Assembly (NCBI RefSeq): GCF_000143415.4
Contig: NW_003314363.1
Location: 557,400-621,399 of the forward strand
Reading direction: 5' to 3'
Length of the DNA stretch: 64,000 nucleotides
Source of the DNA: Selaginella moellendorffii
Lineage: Eukaryota; Plantae; Lycopodiophyta
Shown here: positions 1 to 11,438 of the stretch, one piece after another
Layout of the letters: each line of letters opens with the position of its first letter
How positions within the stretch are numbered: the first letter of the stretch is position 1
Position numbers and translations under genes: made by a program
The notes under the pieces: model-generated
The model's database searches: none
Seen by the model: the letters and a program-made list of their open reading frames with translations, nothing else
What the model was told of the DNA's origin: nothing

Positions 1-513
1 GGCAACGCAGCCAGGAGACCACCGCGAGGATTATCGGCGGTATGGAGACGAGGAGGAGACTATGCGGGAGAGAAGTGTGAAGCAGCGACCAGACCTGAAT
101 CGATCAAGAGAGAACAAGGTGTGAAAAGTATGATCTTGGACGAAGAACTTACCCAGAGTCCAAAGTGAAGAGCCAGAGCCAATGCGCTTAACACGACGAT
201 CCGGCATTGGTACGCGCGGCGGCGCTGCTCGATGGGAAGCCAGCGCCACTGCCAGACGAATCCAGGGAGAAGGATCAAGGCGGTGGCCTGGAGCCTCCAT
301 GCAGCCGACGACACCGGCGCGGCATCGCGCATGAGCTTGGTCACCTGTTGTGCGAATCGAGATCGAGAGAGCATTACGCAAATGGAAAAGAAAATCTCGA
401 CAGATCTGTAGCATTACCGCGCCCGCCGAGGAGATCGCAAACACAGCGAGCACGAGCACGGGGAGAACATACCAAGGCCGCGCGGTGCCAATGCCATCTC
501 CATTCTCGGCCAT
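1..513 (-). CDS. EamA/DMT-family membrane transporter, 5' part (runs off the window start)
   Basis: Exons 513-418, 344-153 and about 93-1 join through GT-AG introns into MAENG...LAVFAISSAGA/VTKLMRDAAPVSSAAWRLQATALIL...LALHFGLW/VWSLLHTSLPHSLLLVSIPP. This is the hydrophobic EamA pattern (A.WR, HF..W..SL..TS). Confidence 0.8.
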
Positions 514-587
514 GCCCTGTTTCTAGGGCAAATGTCCTGCTTTCAGGTTTTAGGGCTAAAAAGGAATATAGCATATTAAAAAGGAAT

Positions 588-668
588 CGTCAACAGCAGG
601 GTTCGAACCTGCGCGGGCAAGCCCAACAGATTTCAAGTCTGTCTCCTTAACCACTCGGACATGTTGAC
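588..668 (-). tRNA. tRNA-Ser(TGA)
   Basis: Reverse complement reads GTCAACATGTCCGAGTGGTTAAGGAGACAGAC-T-TGA-AA-TCTGTTGGGCTTGCCCGCGCAGGTTCGAACCCTGCTGTTGACG. It has a paired acceptor stem, A box, anticodon TGA, long variable arm and GGTTCGAAC B box. A T5 Pol III terminator lies at 582-578. Confidence 0.96.
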
Positions 669-745
669 CTTTCATGCAAGCATTTCGAGATTGGCAAAAC
701 CTGTATGAAAACCCGAATAGCTGGCCTAAGAAAACTCTTACAAAT

Positions 746-1102
746 TCACGAGACTAGCCTTTGGCTCCGACGGTGCCTGTTGTGATCGGAAGAGCACAGC
801 AGCAATCCCCAGAGCGGCCACTTCAGTAACTTTTTTAAAAACCTCGCTAGGCACCGGCAACACGACTCCGGGATGCTAAGATCACTCTCCGACGATGATC
901 TCACGTACGGCGCCACTCCAAAGATCCTGGAAGAGCTCCTCGTCGGCCTATTGCGGCACCAAGAGCAGGAAGAACACGAGCATGGCGAGTTGGAGTGGGA
1001 GGTGAAATCTTCTTCCGCGTCCAAAGAGTTTGCGTGCTCCAATCTCACCGAGGCGATCACATCGCGCATGCTCGTGTACCTTGGCTCGTCCTTCCTCAGC
1101 AT
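746..1102 (-). CDS. Possible small intronless protein of unknown function (118 aa)
   Basis: ATG-initiated ORF divergent from the PPR gene. The YTSMRDVI motif resembles a YTSL(K/R)D motif I recall from small uncharacterised plant proteins. There is no other support. Confidence 0.3.
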   Translation of the reverse strand: MLRKDEPRYTSMRDVIASVRLEHANSLDAEEDFTSHSNSPCSCSSCSWCRNRPTRSSSRIFGVAPYVRSSSESDLSIPESCCRCLARFLKKLLKWPLWGLLLCSSDHNRHRRSQRLVS

Positions 1103-1250
1103 CAATATTTTTGATCTGGGGTGACAAAAATAGGATCTATCACGATTTAGGGATATAGTTATTTAGGGCAATTGATAGGGTTAAAAGGGGTAAAGTACAA
1201 AGAGCGAGGTGAAGTGTTACAAGGGTAAAAGGGGCTTTGAAATGTTGGCA

Positions 1251-1279
1251 TTAGGGTTTATGGGATATTCTAGGGTTTA
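1251..1279 (+). promoter_or_regulatory. Telo-box motifs upstream of the PPR gene
   Basis: TTAGGGTTT (reverse complement AAACCCTAA) at 1251 and TAGGGTTT at 1271. Similar motifs precede PDCD2 (about 16160-16180) and UBC22 (about 10819). Confidence 0.5.
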
Positions 1280-1286
1280 AGGGTGG

Positions 1287-3362
1287 ATGAAAGCCCTGGT
1301 CCCGGGGGCGATGGCGGGAGGAGCGGGGCGAGTGGCGCTGGCGCGGGGCAACTCGATCCTCTTGTGCCAGAGCAGCGGCAATGGATTCGATGTGAGCTCG
1401 GTAGGATTTCACAGCCAGGCGCAGCTGCATTGCGAAGAATCGCCGTGGACGGGGCTGGATCCCGACGACGCCGCCCCGGAGGATCGCGAGGCGGCGGATT
1501 ATCAGCTCCAGCTGCTCCAGCAGAGGGGATTCTTGTTCCGGACGGAGACGTGCAATGCGCTGCTGTCGGGGCTGATGTCGGCGCGCAAGCACGATCAAGC
1601 GCTGCGGCTCTTCAAGGAGGTCCTGGCGGGGCTGTTTGCGCCCAACGCTCACACCTACAATGTGCTCATCCGGGGCTTCTGCAAGGGCGGGCAAATGCAC
1701 CAGGCGGTGAGCGTCTTCTCCGACATGAAATCCAGTGGCTTGCTTCCAAACGCCAGCACCATGAACACGCTGCTCCTGGGGCTCTGTGAGATCGGCCAGA
1801 TGTCCAGCGCTCTCAAGCTCTTCCGGGAGATGCAAGCCGGGCCTTTCCTCCCGACTAGCGCCTCGCACAACATCCTCTTGCGGGGTTTTTTCATGGCCGG
1901 GAGGGTGAGGGATGCGCTCGCTCACCTCCAGGATATGAGGAAGAGCTCGAGCTCGGTGGCAATTGGAACTTACAACCTGGTTCTCAAGGGGCTGTGCTGG
2001 GAGAACAAGTCGGCCAACCGGCTCGAGCAGGCTATAGAGTTTTTCAAGGAGATGAAGGCTAGTGGTGTGGAGCCCGACCTTGAGAGCTACCATATACTTC
2101 TCTCGGCTTTGTCCGACTCTGGAAGGATGGCCGAGGCGCACGCTCTCTTTTCGGCAATGACGTGCTCTCCGGATATCATGACTTACAACGTTCTCATGGA
2201 TGGCTACTGCAAGATTGGCCAGACTTACGAGGCGCAGAGCCTGATGAAGGAGATACTCAAAGCCGGGTACGAGCCAAACGTTTTCACTTACAGCATCATC
2301 ATCAACTGCTACTGCAAATTGGATAAGGTTGAAGAGGCCTGGGAGGTATTCATGAAGATGATCGAGAGTAACTGTGTTCCGAATGCCGTCACCTTCAACA
2401 CTCTTATTGCCGGGTTCTGCAAGGCTGGGATGCTCGAGGACGCTATCAAGCTCTTCGCTGAGATGGAGAAAATTGGGTGCAAGGCAACTATAGTCACGTA
2501 TAATACTCTGATCGACAGCCTTTGCAAAAAGAGGGGAGGAGTTTACACGGCTGTCGACCTTTTCAACAAGCTCGAGGGAGCTGGCCTTACTCCCACTATT
2601 GTCACGTACAACTCTCTCATCCAGGGGTTTTGTGACGCGAGGCGGCTATCCGAGGCAATGCAGTACTTTGACGAGATGGAAGGGAAGTGTGCACCAAACG
2701 TAATAACTTACAGCATCCTCATCGACGGCCTTTGCAAGGTGCGAAGAATGAAGGAAGCGGCGAAAACACTGGAGGACATGAAAGCTCACGGCTACACTCC
2801 AACCGTGGTCACTTACGGGGGCCTCATCAACGGGTTTTGCAAGTGTGGAGAGCTGAAAAGCGCGCTCCTGTTCTTCGAGAAGATGAAGCTCGCCGGCTGC
2901 GCTCCGAACACGGTGATTTTCAACACGCTCATCGATGGTCTGTGCAAAGCGGAAAGAGCAAACGATGGCCTCCGGCTCCTGTGTCATATGCACGCCGAAG
3001 GCTGCAAACCGGACGTTATCACCTACAACTGCCTCATCTCCGGGCTTTGCAGCGCCAACAGAGTCGAAGACGCTCAGAGGCTTTTCAATGGGATGGCCTG
3101 TGCTCCAAACGTGACGACGTTCAACTTTTTAATCCGGGGACTGTGCGCGCAAAAGAAGGTGGAGGAAGCGAGAAACATACTGGACCGGATGACCGCTCCG
3201 GACATGACGACGTTCAACACAATCATCCTGGCATTTTGCAAGGCCGGAGCGATGCATGACGCGAGGGAAGTTATGAAGGACATGCTCAAGCACGGCTTCT
3301 ATCCCAACACGTATACCACCTATGCTCTCGCTCATGGGATTCAGAGTTCTAAAGGCAAGTGA
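1287..3362 (+). CDS. P-class pentatricopeptide repeat protein, 691 aa, intronless, probably organelle-targeted
   Basis: Tandem 35-aa repeats (PNVVTYN.LI.G.CK.G...A...F.EM) follow an N-terminal transit-peptide-like leader. No E or DYW domain is present. Confidence 0.95.
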   Translation: MKALVPGAMAGGAGRVALARGNSILLCQSSGNGFDVSSVGFHSQAQLHCEESPWTGLDPDDAAPEDREAADYQLQLLQQRGFLFRTETCNALLSGLMSARKHDQALRLFKEVLAGLFAPNAHTYNVLIRGFCKGGQMHQAVSVFSDMKSSGLLPNASTMNTLLLGLCEIGQMSSALKLFREMQAGPFLPTSASHNILLRGFFMAGRVRDALAHLQDMRKSSSSVAIGTYNLVLKGLCWENKSANRLEQAIEFFKEMKASGVEPDLESYHILLSALSDSGRMAEAHALFSAMTCSPDIMTYNVLMDGYCKIGQTYEAQSLMKEILKAGYEPNVFTYSIIINCYCKLDKVEEAWEVFMKMIESNCVPNAVTFNTLIAGFCKAGMLEDAIKLFAEMEKIGCKATIVTYNTLIDSLCKKRGGVYTAVDLFNKLEGAGLTPTIVTYNSLIQGFCDARRLSEAMQYFDEMEGKCAPNVITYSILIDGLCKVRRMKEAAKTLEDMKAHGYTPTVVTYGGLINGFCKCGELKSALLFFEKMKLAGCAPNTVIFNTLIDGLCKAERANDGLRLLCHMHAEGCKPDVITYNCLISGLCSANRVEDAQRLFNGMACAPNVTTFNFLIRGLCAQKKVEEARNILDRMTAPDMTTFNTIILAFCKAGAMHDAREVMKDMLKHGFYPNTYTTYALAHGIQSSKGK

Positions 3363-4211
3363 TGGACAACGCGCAGCAGACTTGATGCCGTCCAGCAGAA
3401 AAAAAGCTGTTTTTTTCTTCAGTAGGCGGCTCGGGAAGTTACAAGCAGCTCTCGGTAAGGTATTCTTCTTTGCTTGCATTATTCGATCTTAATTTTGTTT
3501 TTGCAGCCTCAGCCTGAAGGCGGTTTGAAATATCTTATTCAGTTCGTTCTAGAATTCAGGCTTCACTCGCGGATACACCAGAGCCACAAGGTGATGAGTC
3601 ATTTCGATGCCTTTTAAGGCGGTTGATTTTGACTGTAGATCGATTTCACTGGGTTTGACTTTTGTCTCCATGGACAAATTGTAGGTGTTGTTTCCGAGTT
3701 GGAAGTCTTACGGGAGGAGCCCGCCGGTCATCGTGTCGAGAGCGAACGTTTGAGTAGGTATTGACGATTTTCTGGCAGTAATGACAGTTGTTTTCAGGAA
3801 TCGGAGGGTGTTTGTGTGGTTTAGAGTTGCCTCGTTCCAGTACACTCGAAGGTTTTCTCTCATGATCTGCCGGTGAGCGGTCCCCCAAGCTAAAACTTAT
3901 CTTTTTTTTTTCATCAGGTCTCAACCAACCAGCCACCACAGCGAATGGCAGCTTGGCACGTTGGCACGGGTTCGCCAGCCCCTTTGACATGCTGATGCGT
4001 GTGCCGGATGGAATGTTGGCGTCTTTCCAATATAAATTGGACTGGCAGCGCTCAAGGTTTTCATCTCGAGCCAAGCTTCTGAGCCAGCAGTACAGGGGCT
4101 GGACGGACTTGAAAGGCATTTTTCTCCAGTTCCATTTCAAGTGAGCACGTTGGAAGCATTTATTCTCCTCTGTGGCGTTCTTTCTAACTCGGAGTTGTCC
4201 CAGGATTCGAC

Positions 4212-5878
4212 ATGGCCGACTTAAAGTACTCGCGGCTCGTCCAGTTCGGCCTCGTGGAGAATTGCTCATCTGAAGGACGTGGAATGCACACGGTTGCGGC
4301 GGATTTGGATGGTACACTGCTCAGACGCAGAAGCTCGTTTCCATACTTCCTGCTGGTGGCTCTTGAAGGAGGTAGCCTCTTCAGAGCAGTTGTTCTCGGA
4401 CTTTTGGCCCCTATCGCCTGGCTGCTTTACCACTTCGTCTCGGAGGCAGCAGCAATTCAACTTCTCATCTATGTCTCTTTTTCGGGGCAGAAGGTGTCCG
4501 AGATTGAGAAGGTGGCAACGGCGGTTCTGCCGAAGTTTTACTCCCAGGACGTCCACAGTGATGCTTTCAGAGTTTTCTCGTCCTGCGGGAAGAAGTATGT
4601 CATCACTGCCAATCCTCGGATCATGGTGGAGTATTTCTGCAAGGCCTTCCTTGGCGCGGATAAAGTTATTGGGACTGAAATCGAAGTGGACGATGATGGA
4701 CGTGCTACAGGCTTCGTCAAGTTCCCAGGTGTGCTCGTGAGTCAAAACAAGAGGACCGCCTTGAAGCTCGAGTTCGTGGACGGGGAGCTTCCCGAGATCG
4801 GACTCGGCGATCGAGAAACCGACTTCGCCTTCATGTCGCTTTGCAAGGTAAGCGCACTCTTTCCATATCATATACATATTTTGCATTTCGAGCATATAAT
4901 ACTTAGCTCTGCCTCTTTCGTGCTGCTTTAACTGTTGAGGGGTGCCAGGATTTGCGTGACACTCCAGAATCAGTTACGAGAAGCGAGTTTTCTAACTCTG
5001 GTTGTAACCGTGTGATACAGGAAGCTTACGTTGTTCCCAAGAGGAAGGTTGACGCAGTGGACGGCAGCGCTCTGGCGCAGCGCGTGATCTTCCATGATGG
5101 TAGGCTGGTCCAGCTCCCAACGCCGTTCGTGGCGCTCGTCACTTTCCTCTGGCTCCCTATCGGCTTCGCGCTCGCAGTGCTCCGGATCGGCCTCACCTCC
5201 CGTTGCCCCCGAAAGTACATGGGAATGATCTACGCCATCCTCGGCGTCCGCCGCATCACCAAAGGCAAAGTTCCTCGCAAACAAGACGGCAGGGGGCTCC
5301 TCTTCGTGTGCAACCACAGGACTCTGGTGGATCCCATCTTCCTGGGATTGGCCGCCGAGAGGGACGTGACCGGGCTCACTTACAGCATCAGCCGGGTGTC
5401 CGAGGTGCTATCGCCCATCGTCACGGTCCGGCTGACGAGAGACAAGGAGCGCGACTTTACGAAGATGAAGTCGCTGCTGGAGAGGGGGAGGGACCTGTGC
5501 CTGTGTCCGGAGGGGACGACTTGCCGTGAGCCGTTCTTGCTGCGATTCAGCGCTCTCTTCACCCAGCTCACGCACAGGATCGTCCCGGCGGCCGTGAAGA
5601 CGAGGCAGAGCATGTTTAACGGGACGGCGGTGCGGGGGTGGAAGGGGATGGATCCATTCTTCTTCTTCATGAATCCATTCCCGACGTACGAGGTGGAGTT
5701 TTTGGAGGAGCTCCCCGCGGAGATGAGCGTCCAAAAGGGCGGCAAGAGCTCGTTCGAGACGGCCAATTTCATCCAGAAGATGCTGGGCGACAAGCTGGGA
5801 TACGAGTGCACGACCTTCACCCGCAAGGACAAGTACCTGATGCTCAATGGCAGCGATGGAACAGTCCCCACGAAATAG
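4212..5878 (+). CDS. GPAT: sn-2 glycerol-3-phosphate acyltransferase, GPAT4/6/8-like (GPAT-A), 497 aa; exons 4212-4847, 5021-5878
   Basis: HAD motifs DLDGT and GLGDRETD are intact. Acyltransferase motifs [26 protein letters not shown] and FTRKDKY are present. One GT-AG intron follows LCK. Confidence 0.95.
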
Positions 5879-6610
5879 GAAGGGGTTGGAAAAGAAAACA
5901 AGATGGAACCGTTGGCTGGTGTTGACTTGAATTGACTAGAGTTGACGGTTGAATACTTTTTTTTTAGTGTTGGCTGGCTATCTAGCTTGCACTAGTAAAT
6001 GCTAAAGGTTATAGGCAGGCGATTTTAATCCTTCCACATGGCTGGGACAGGAAATATTGACTTCGTTCAATTAAAGGGGGAAAGGTTTTAGGGCAGGGGT
6101 GTTCTAGGGCACGGCAGCGAGCTGGCATCCTCACACCGGCAGCATGGCGTCCGGCCGGCGGTACGGCGCTCGTGTCTCGCATTGCCAGAGAAATGCCACT
6201 CCCAACCTCCGCCACCTTTTCTCTCTCCGCCACCTTTGCGAACTAAACAAATGTGTTAGAGGAATCAAAGATCCAACACACCGAAACTTCGTTTTTGTTT
6301 TCTTCTTGCCTGGTCTTTGTGGAGGCGAAGAAAAAAAGGAAACGAGAGAGTCTTTGTACCTTTGGGAATCAAACTGCTATTGCGTAGAGAACTTTGCACA
6401 ACTTTTACGCTGTCTCATGTAATAGCTATCGTTGAAATCTCCAATTGCCCGCAGGCATATTCCCCCGACATATTCTATACGCAACTGTATCCACCAAATG
6501 CAGGTACGTATAATGTCGCCAGCCCAGCCAAATCGACCGGGTTGGCATTTTCACGGCCAGGGGGGTCAATCCGGCGGTCAGTTCCATAACTCACTCGCCA
6601 CTAGCACCGC

Positions 6611-6626
6611 GACACGTGGCCCGCGT
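6611..6626 (+). promoter_or_regulatory. G-box/ABRE (GACACGTGGC) with adjacent CCGCGT upstream of GPAT-B
   Basis: Exact ACACGTGGC about 400 bp upstream of the ATG. Function is untested. Confidence 0.4.
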
Positions 6627-7020
6627 AAACGGCCCCGCCCCGGCGGCATTTAAAGTGCACTAAACTCCCCACTCTTTCCCTCGTGCTCATGTCATACTGG
6701 CCAAAGCCGTCGACGACATAGCCTATTGCGCGGCCTACAAATTCTTTCCCAGCTCTCTCTCTATCTCGTCGCCATAGCTAGGGATACACTACCTTCTTGC
6801 GCCTTCTCTCTTCTTTCTCGGCTTGCGGCGCTCGATCTCCAATCTTTACAGTGGAAATCTCACTTGCGGCGGCGACGAGCGAGCTCCTATTCTATCGATC
6901 GGCGCCGGCCGATCGTCCCGCGCGCCTTGAGGTATCGATCCTGGAGCTGGAAATTTCGGGCAATGCAGGTGATCTAACGTTGCTCCTGGCTTGCAGCGCT
7001 AGCTAGACGCGGCGGCAAGG

Positions 7021-8912
7021 ATGTCGCTCGACGGCGGCAAGGTCACGGATTCTTTCCTGGTAGATGCTCCATTCGAGCCGGTGGAGCGATGCTCGTCGGC
7101 GGGGCGTGAGAAGCAGACGTGCGTGGCGGATTTCGACGGTACTCTCATCCGCGGCCGGAGCTCCTTCCCGTATTTCATGCTGGTGGCGCTAGAGGGAGGA
7201 GGCCTCATCCGGAGCGTGATTCTTGGCCTCTTCGCGCCGCTCGCCTGGATCCTCTACCATTTCGTCTCGGAATCCGCCGGCATCCGCCTCCTCATCTTCA
7301 TCTCCTTCGCCGGGATGAAGGCCAAGCAGATCGAGTCGGTGTCGCGCGCCGTGCTGCCCAAATTCTACTCGGAGGACGTCCACAGCGAGGCCTACCGAGT
7401 GTTCTCCTCGTGCGGCAAGCGTGTGGTGGTGACCGCCAATCCCCGGATCATGGTGGAGCACTTCGCCAAGACGTGCCTGGGAGCGGACAAGGTGCTGGGG
7501 ACCGAGATTGAGGTGACGAGGAGTGGCTACGCGACGGGATTCCTCAAGCGGCCGGGAGTTCTCGTGGGGGTCAACAAGCGCAAGGCTGTGAGGCAGGAAT
7601 TCGGCGAGCATTTGCCCCATGTCGGCATTGGCGATCGAGCCACGGACTTTGCTTTCATGGCGCTCTGCAAGGTACTTATCTCGAATCCAATCCCGCTCTG
7701 CTTGGTGGGTGGAGTGGTTGCTTAGTTCTCGATCGAGCTCGATGCATTAGATCAACACTCTGGGCATTGTTTTCGATCGATGATCCATCCCTGCAATTGC
7801 TGCATGAGTGGATGATTCTCTTGTTTCTTTTGTTTATCTTTTTTCCTTGTCTCATGCACACATTCTTACAAGCGCACTAGCCTAAAAGAATCTCTTCCAA
7901 GCAGCAGTAGAAACTTCTTTCCAGTCAACTAACGAACCCATTTGCTGACCACTATCAGGAAGCATACGTCGTCCCACCCTCCAAAGTGGAGGCGCTGAGC
8001 CGAGACAAGCTCGTCAAGCCCGTTGTCTTCCACGACGGCCGCCTCGTCCAGCGGCCCACGCCCTTGACCGCCCTCGTCACCTTCCTGTGGCTGCCCGTCA
8101 GCTTCGTGCTGGCGGTGTTCCGGATCATGGTCACGGTACCCTGCCCGCGCGAGTACGTGACCATCGTCTACAAGCTCGTCGGCATCCGGCTCATCGTCAA
8201 GGGGCCGATCCCGCCGCCCAAGAAGCGGGGCGAGTCCGGCGTGCTCTTCGTCTCCAGCCACAGGACACTGTGCGATCCGGTGTTCGTGGGGGTCGGGGCC
8301 CGGCGGGAGGTGACGGCGCTCACCTACAGCATCAGCAGGGTGTCGGAGTTCCTGTCCCCGATCAAGACGGTGGGCCTGTCCAGGGACCGCGAGAGGGACG
8401 CGGCCAAGATCAAGGCGCTGCTCCAGAAGGGGGACCTGTGCATCTGTCCCGAGGGAACCACCTGCCGCGAGCCATTCCTTTTGCGATTCAGCGCACTGTT
8501 CGCGGAGCTGACTGACAAGATCGTGCCGGTGGCGCTGTGCACGAAGGGGAGCACTTTCCACGGGACAACGGTGCGCGGGTGGAAGGGGTTGGATCCATTC
8601 TTCTTCTTCATGAATCCCTTCCCGACGTACGAGGTGACGTTTCTCCAGCAGCTGCCGCCGGAGCTGACGGTCCAGCAGGGCGGCAAGAGCGCGATCGAGG
8701 TGGCGAATCACATCCAGCGGGTGATCGCGGACACGCTGGGATTCGAGTGCACGAACTTCACCCGCAAGGACAAGTACGGGATGCTGGCGGGGAACGACGG
8801 CACCGTTCCGGAGAGGCGGAGGAGCGGCGGCGGAGGTGGCGGCGCCGCCAAGGATCTCCCGAAGGACGAGCAAGCGGCCCAGGGGCAAGACCAGGTAAAT
8901 GGCTGTAGCTAA
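7021..8912 (+). CDS. GPAT: sn-2 GPAT4/6/8-like (GPAT-B), 534 aa; exons 7021-7671, 7959-8912
   Basis: Motifs [20 protein letters not shown] and [10 protein letters not shown]. Same intron position as GPAT-A; tandem paralogue. Confidence 0.95.
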
Positions 8913-9627
8913 AATTGATTTGCGAGGATCGTGGATCCATGCCATGGGTCGGGTCTCACGCGCTCCTTCGTTATAAGTGAATGTAAGCTAAGCTACTGGC
9001 TTGCTCTCTCGATTGACTCATCAGGAATAGATCGATCGGGTGGAGAGCATCGTGATCGATCGACTCGATAGGAGAGCAAAGAGAAGGTCTGTCCTCTCTG
9101 TGTCCATGCGCTTGTCCACGAAGCGAACTAGAAAAGCTTGAAAGCGACGAAGCGAAGGAAAGAAAAAGATGGCGCTAGCTGTAAACCAAGCCGATAGGGA
9201 CAGCAATTAATGTATCCTTTTGGTGGGTGGCGAAACGAAACCACAGAGGGTGCCAAGTCCTGTTCTTATATGTATATATACTACTACCTAGTCTTTGAAT
9301 GCTGTCACATGATATCCAATTTATCACATTGCTTTGATAAAATCACTTATGTAACGTGGTACCTACTTGATCTTTGTCCTCTGGACCGGTATAAATTGAC
9401 ATTGTCCGGGTTCTGGGCGAGTGTCTTTAATCATACGTCCACTTCTCCAAAGGACACGACATTGATAGAAAACCCTAAATTCCCACCAACTTTCGGACAG
9501 AAACCCTAGAAACATATAACGAAATAAAAAAATATCATATCATTTCCTTCTTTTATCTTTCTCTGTCCCTCTCCCTGTCCAGAGTAATCACACTACACAC
9601 ACACAAGCTAAACAGAAGAGAGAGCTG

Positions 9628-10808
9628 CTACAAGCGCTTGAGGCTCTTCTTCCTTACATCCATCTTCTTCTTGTCTACCTGGAGCTTGAGCGTTCCAACG
9701 TCGCCCTTTGGCTTCTTGGCGCTGGGGGACGGGCAGGCCGACGATGGCGCCTCGCCCCCCGCGGCGTTGCAGCCCGCGTCCGCGCCGCTCGTGTCCTTGT
9801 TGGCGGTGTTGAGCGTGAGAGGGACGTGGATCTCCTCGGCGTTGCTGTTCACCACCGTCGACTCGGCTATGGCGACTTTGTTCGTCCTGGGCTTGGACTT
9901 CATCGCGTGGATGTTGGTCATTAATCTGCCAGAGAGAAAAGAACAGGAAAGGAACGTGAGAGAATCATGAAAAAGCCTGAAATGTAGTACACCACTTACC
10001 TGGCGTGCTTTGCGTAGCCCTCGTAATCCTCCATCAGCATCTTTCCAGCGTCTTCATTGAGCGCCGACTCTGGAAACGGCTCTATGAGCAAGCAGCGCAC
10101 GACCTGGAGGTGGAGTGACACATTGTTTCGTTATATTCTCGTCTGGAAAGGAAGCGTCACCAACGCAAAAGTGTGGGGTTACTTACGAGAAGAACATGCC
10201 TCAAGCCGAGCGTCGGCTTCCAATCTTTCTTCAAAACGTTCACGCAAATCTCTCCGTTTTTTGCAATGTTTGGATGGAAGATTTTGGTGACAAAGAATCC
10301 TACAGAAGAAGAAAAAAACGAAAACGCTCGAGTTGAAAGCCAGGAGTCACTAAAAAATGTACCTTTGGGAGGCGTTTGGGGGAAGTCGGGGCTAAGCAAC
10401 AATCTGATCCGGAAGACGCCACTTTCGTACGGTGTTCCGGCTGAAGCGCCAAAACCACTACAGGAATCAGTCGAGCAGACGAAGAATAACAAACAAAAAA
10501 TCCTTACGTGGTCCCTCAATATCTGCGAAGATGCTCGAGAAGTTGTCGTCATTTACATGAACACGGATGTCCTCTGGAGGGCTCTCGTCTAGGCTCTTGA
10601 GCTCCTTTGCAAGCGCTCGGATTACCTTGGGAGGTAAGTTCTCAGCCTAGAGAAAAAAACAAAAAAAACAAATCCAAAGCAGCCTTTTGAGATTGAGCTT
10701 TCGAAAAGACGCTACCATCTACATCCCTAGAGCAACAATCCAAACAAAGCAGCTCACACACACACAGCCACATGTTTTGGGGCACAGCGAGAGAGATTTA
10801 CTTACCAT
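9628..10808 (-). CDS. UBC22: Ubiquitin-conjugating enzyme E2, UBE2S/UBC22 type; the first coding exon is only the ATG (10808-10806)
   Basis: Spliced product [30 protein letters not shown]...GTPYESG...[23 protein letters not shown].../[21 protein letters not shown]. The basic tail [15 protein letters not shown] is characteristic of UBE2S. Confidence 0.92.
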
Positions 10809-11227
10809 GAACGGATCGAAACCCTAGAAAGACACCCCTGCGATCTCCTGGAATCTGGATGAGCACCAGAATCGACGCCAACCCCCCGGCGCCCCTAAAT
10901 CCCTAGAATCTCCGGCTCATCGGCCGCGGCGGCGGCGGGGGCAGCGCCAGTGGCGAATCGATGGAGCGGCGCGCTCGCTGTGCACGGGACGATCCAGCCA
11001 GACACCGCAATCCCTTGCTTGCTGCATGCGATGGAATGGACTACCTAGCCGCCATAGCCAAAAGAACGAATTTTCTTCTCGCGAGAGCGAATGCCCTGTG
11101 CGTGTATTTTTCGAGAAGTGGAAGTACCACCGACTGCATACCAGAATATGCCACCTCCAGCTGGACATTCGTACGGGACATTCCGTCGGACGTGGCATAT
11201 TCCAGGCCGGGCGGAATGGGTACCGGT

Positions 11228-11271
11228 AACGGCCACTGGAAAAAGTAGCCGTTTGTAAACACAGTTAACGG
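11228..11271. promoter_or_regulatory. Three MSA-core (AACGG) elements in the UBC22/AUG1 divergent promoter
   Basis: AACGG at 11228, CCGTT at 11249 and AACGG at 11267. Confidence 0.5.
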
Positions 11272-11438
11272 ATGGTAACTAGAATTTCACTGGCGAGGGT
11301 TCGAATCCATAGAAAAGATAGAGCGCTGGTTCGAATCCTCCGAGAAAAGTTGGAGATCGCGTGTTCGAATCTCTGGAGATGGCACTATATGTTTTGGTGT
11401 TTGAAAATAATTTTTGGAGGGTTTTTACGAGCTAGGCT

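Noticed and set aside
1251-2141. 296-aa minus-strand ORF, and similar antisense ORFs over the GPATs, LTPG, ALS and P450
   Set aside because: Shadow frames of GC3-rich real genes, with no independent motifs.
10917-11262. Short ORFs between UBC22 and AUG1
   Set aside because: No recognisable domain or splice structure; better explained as promoter DNA.
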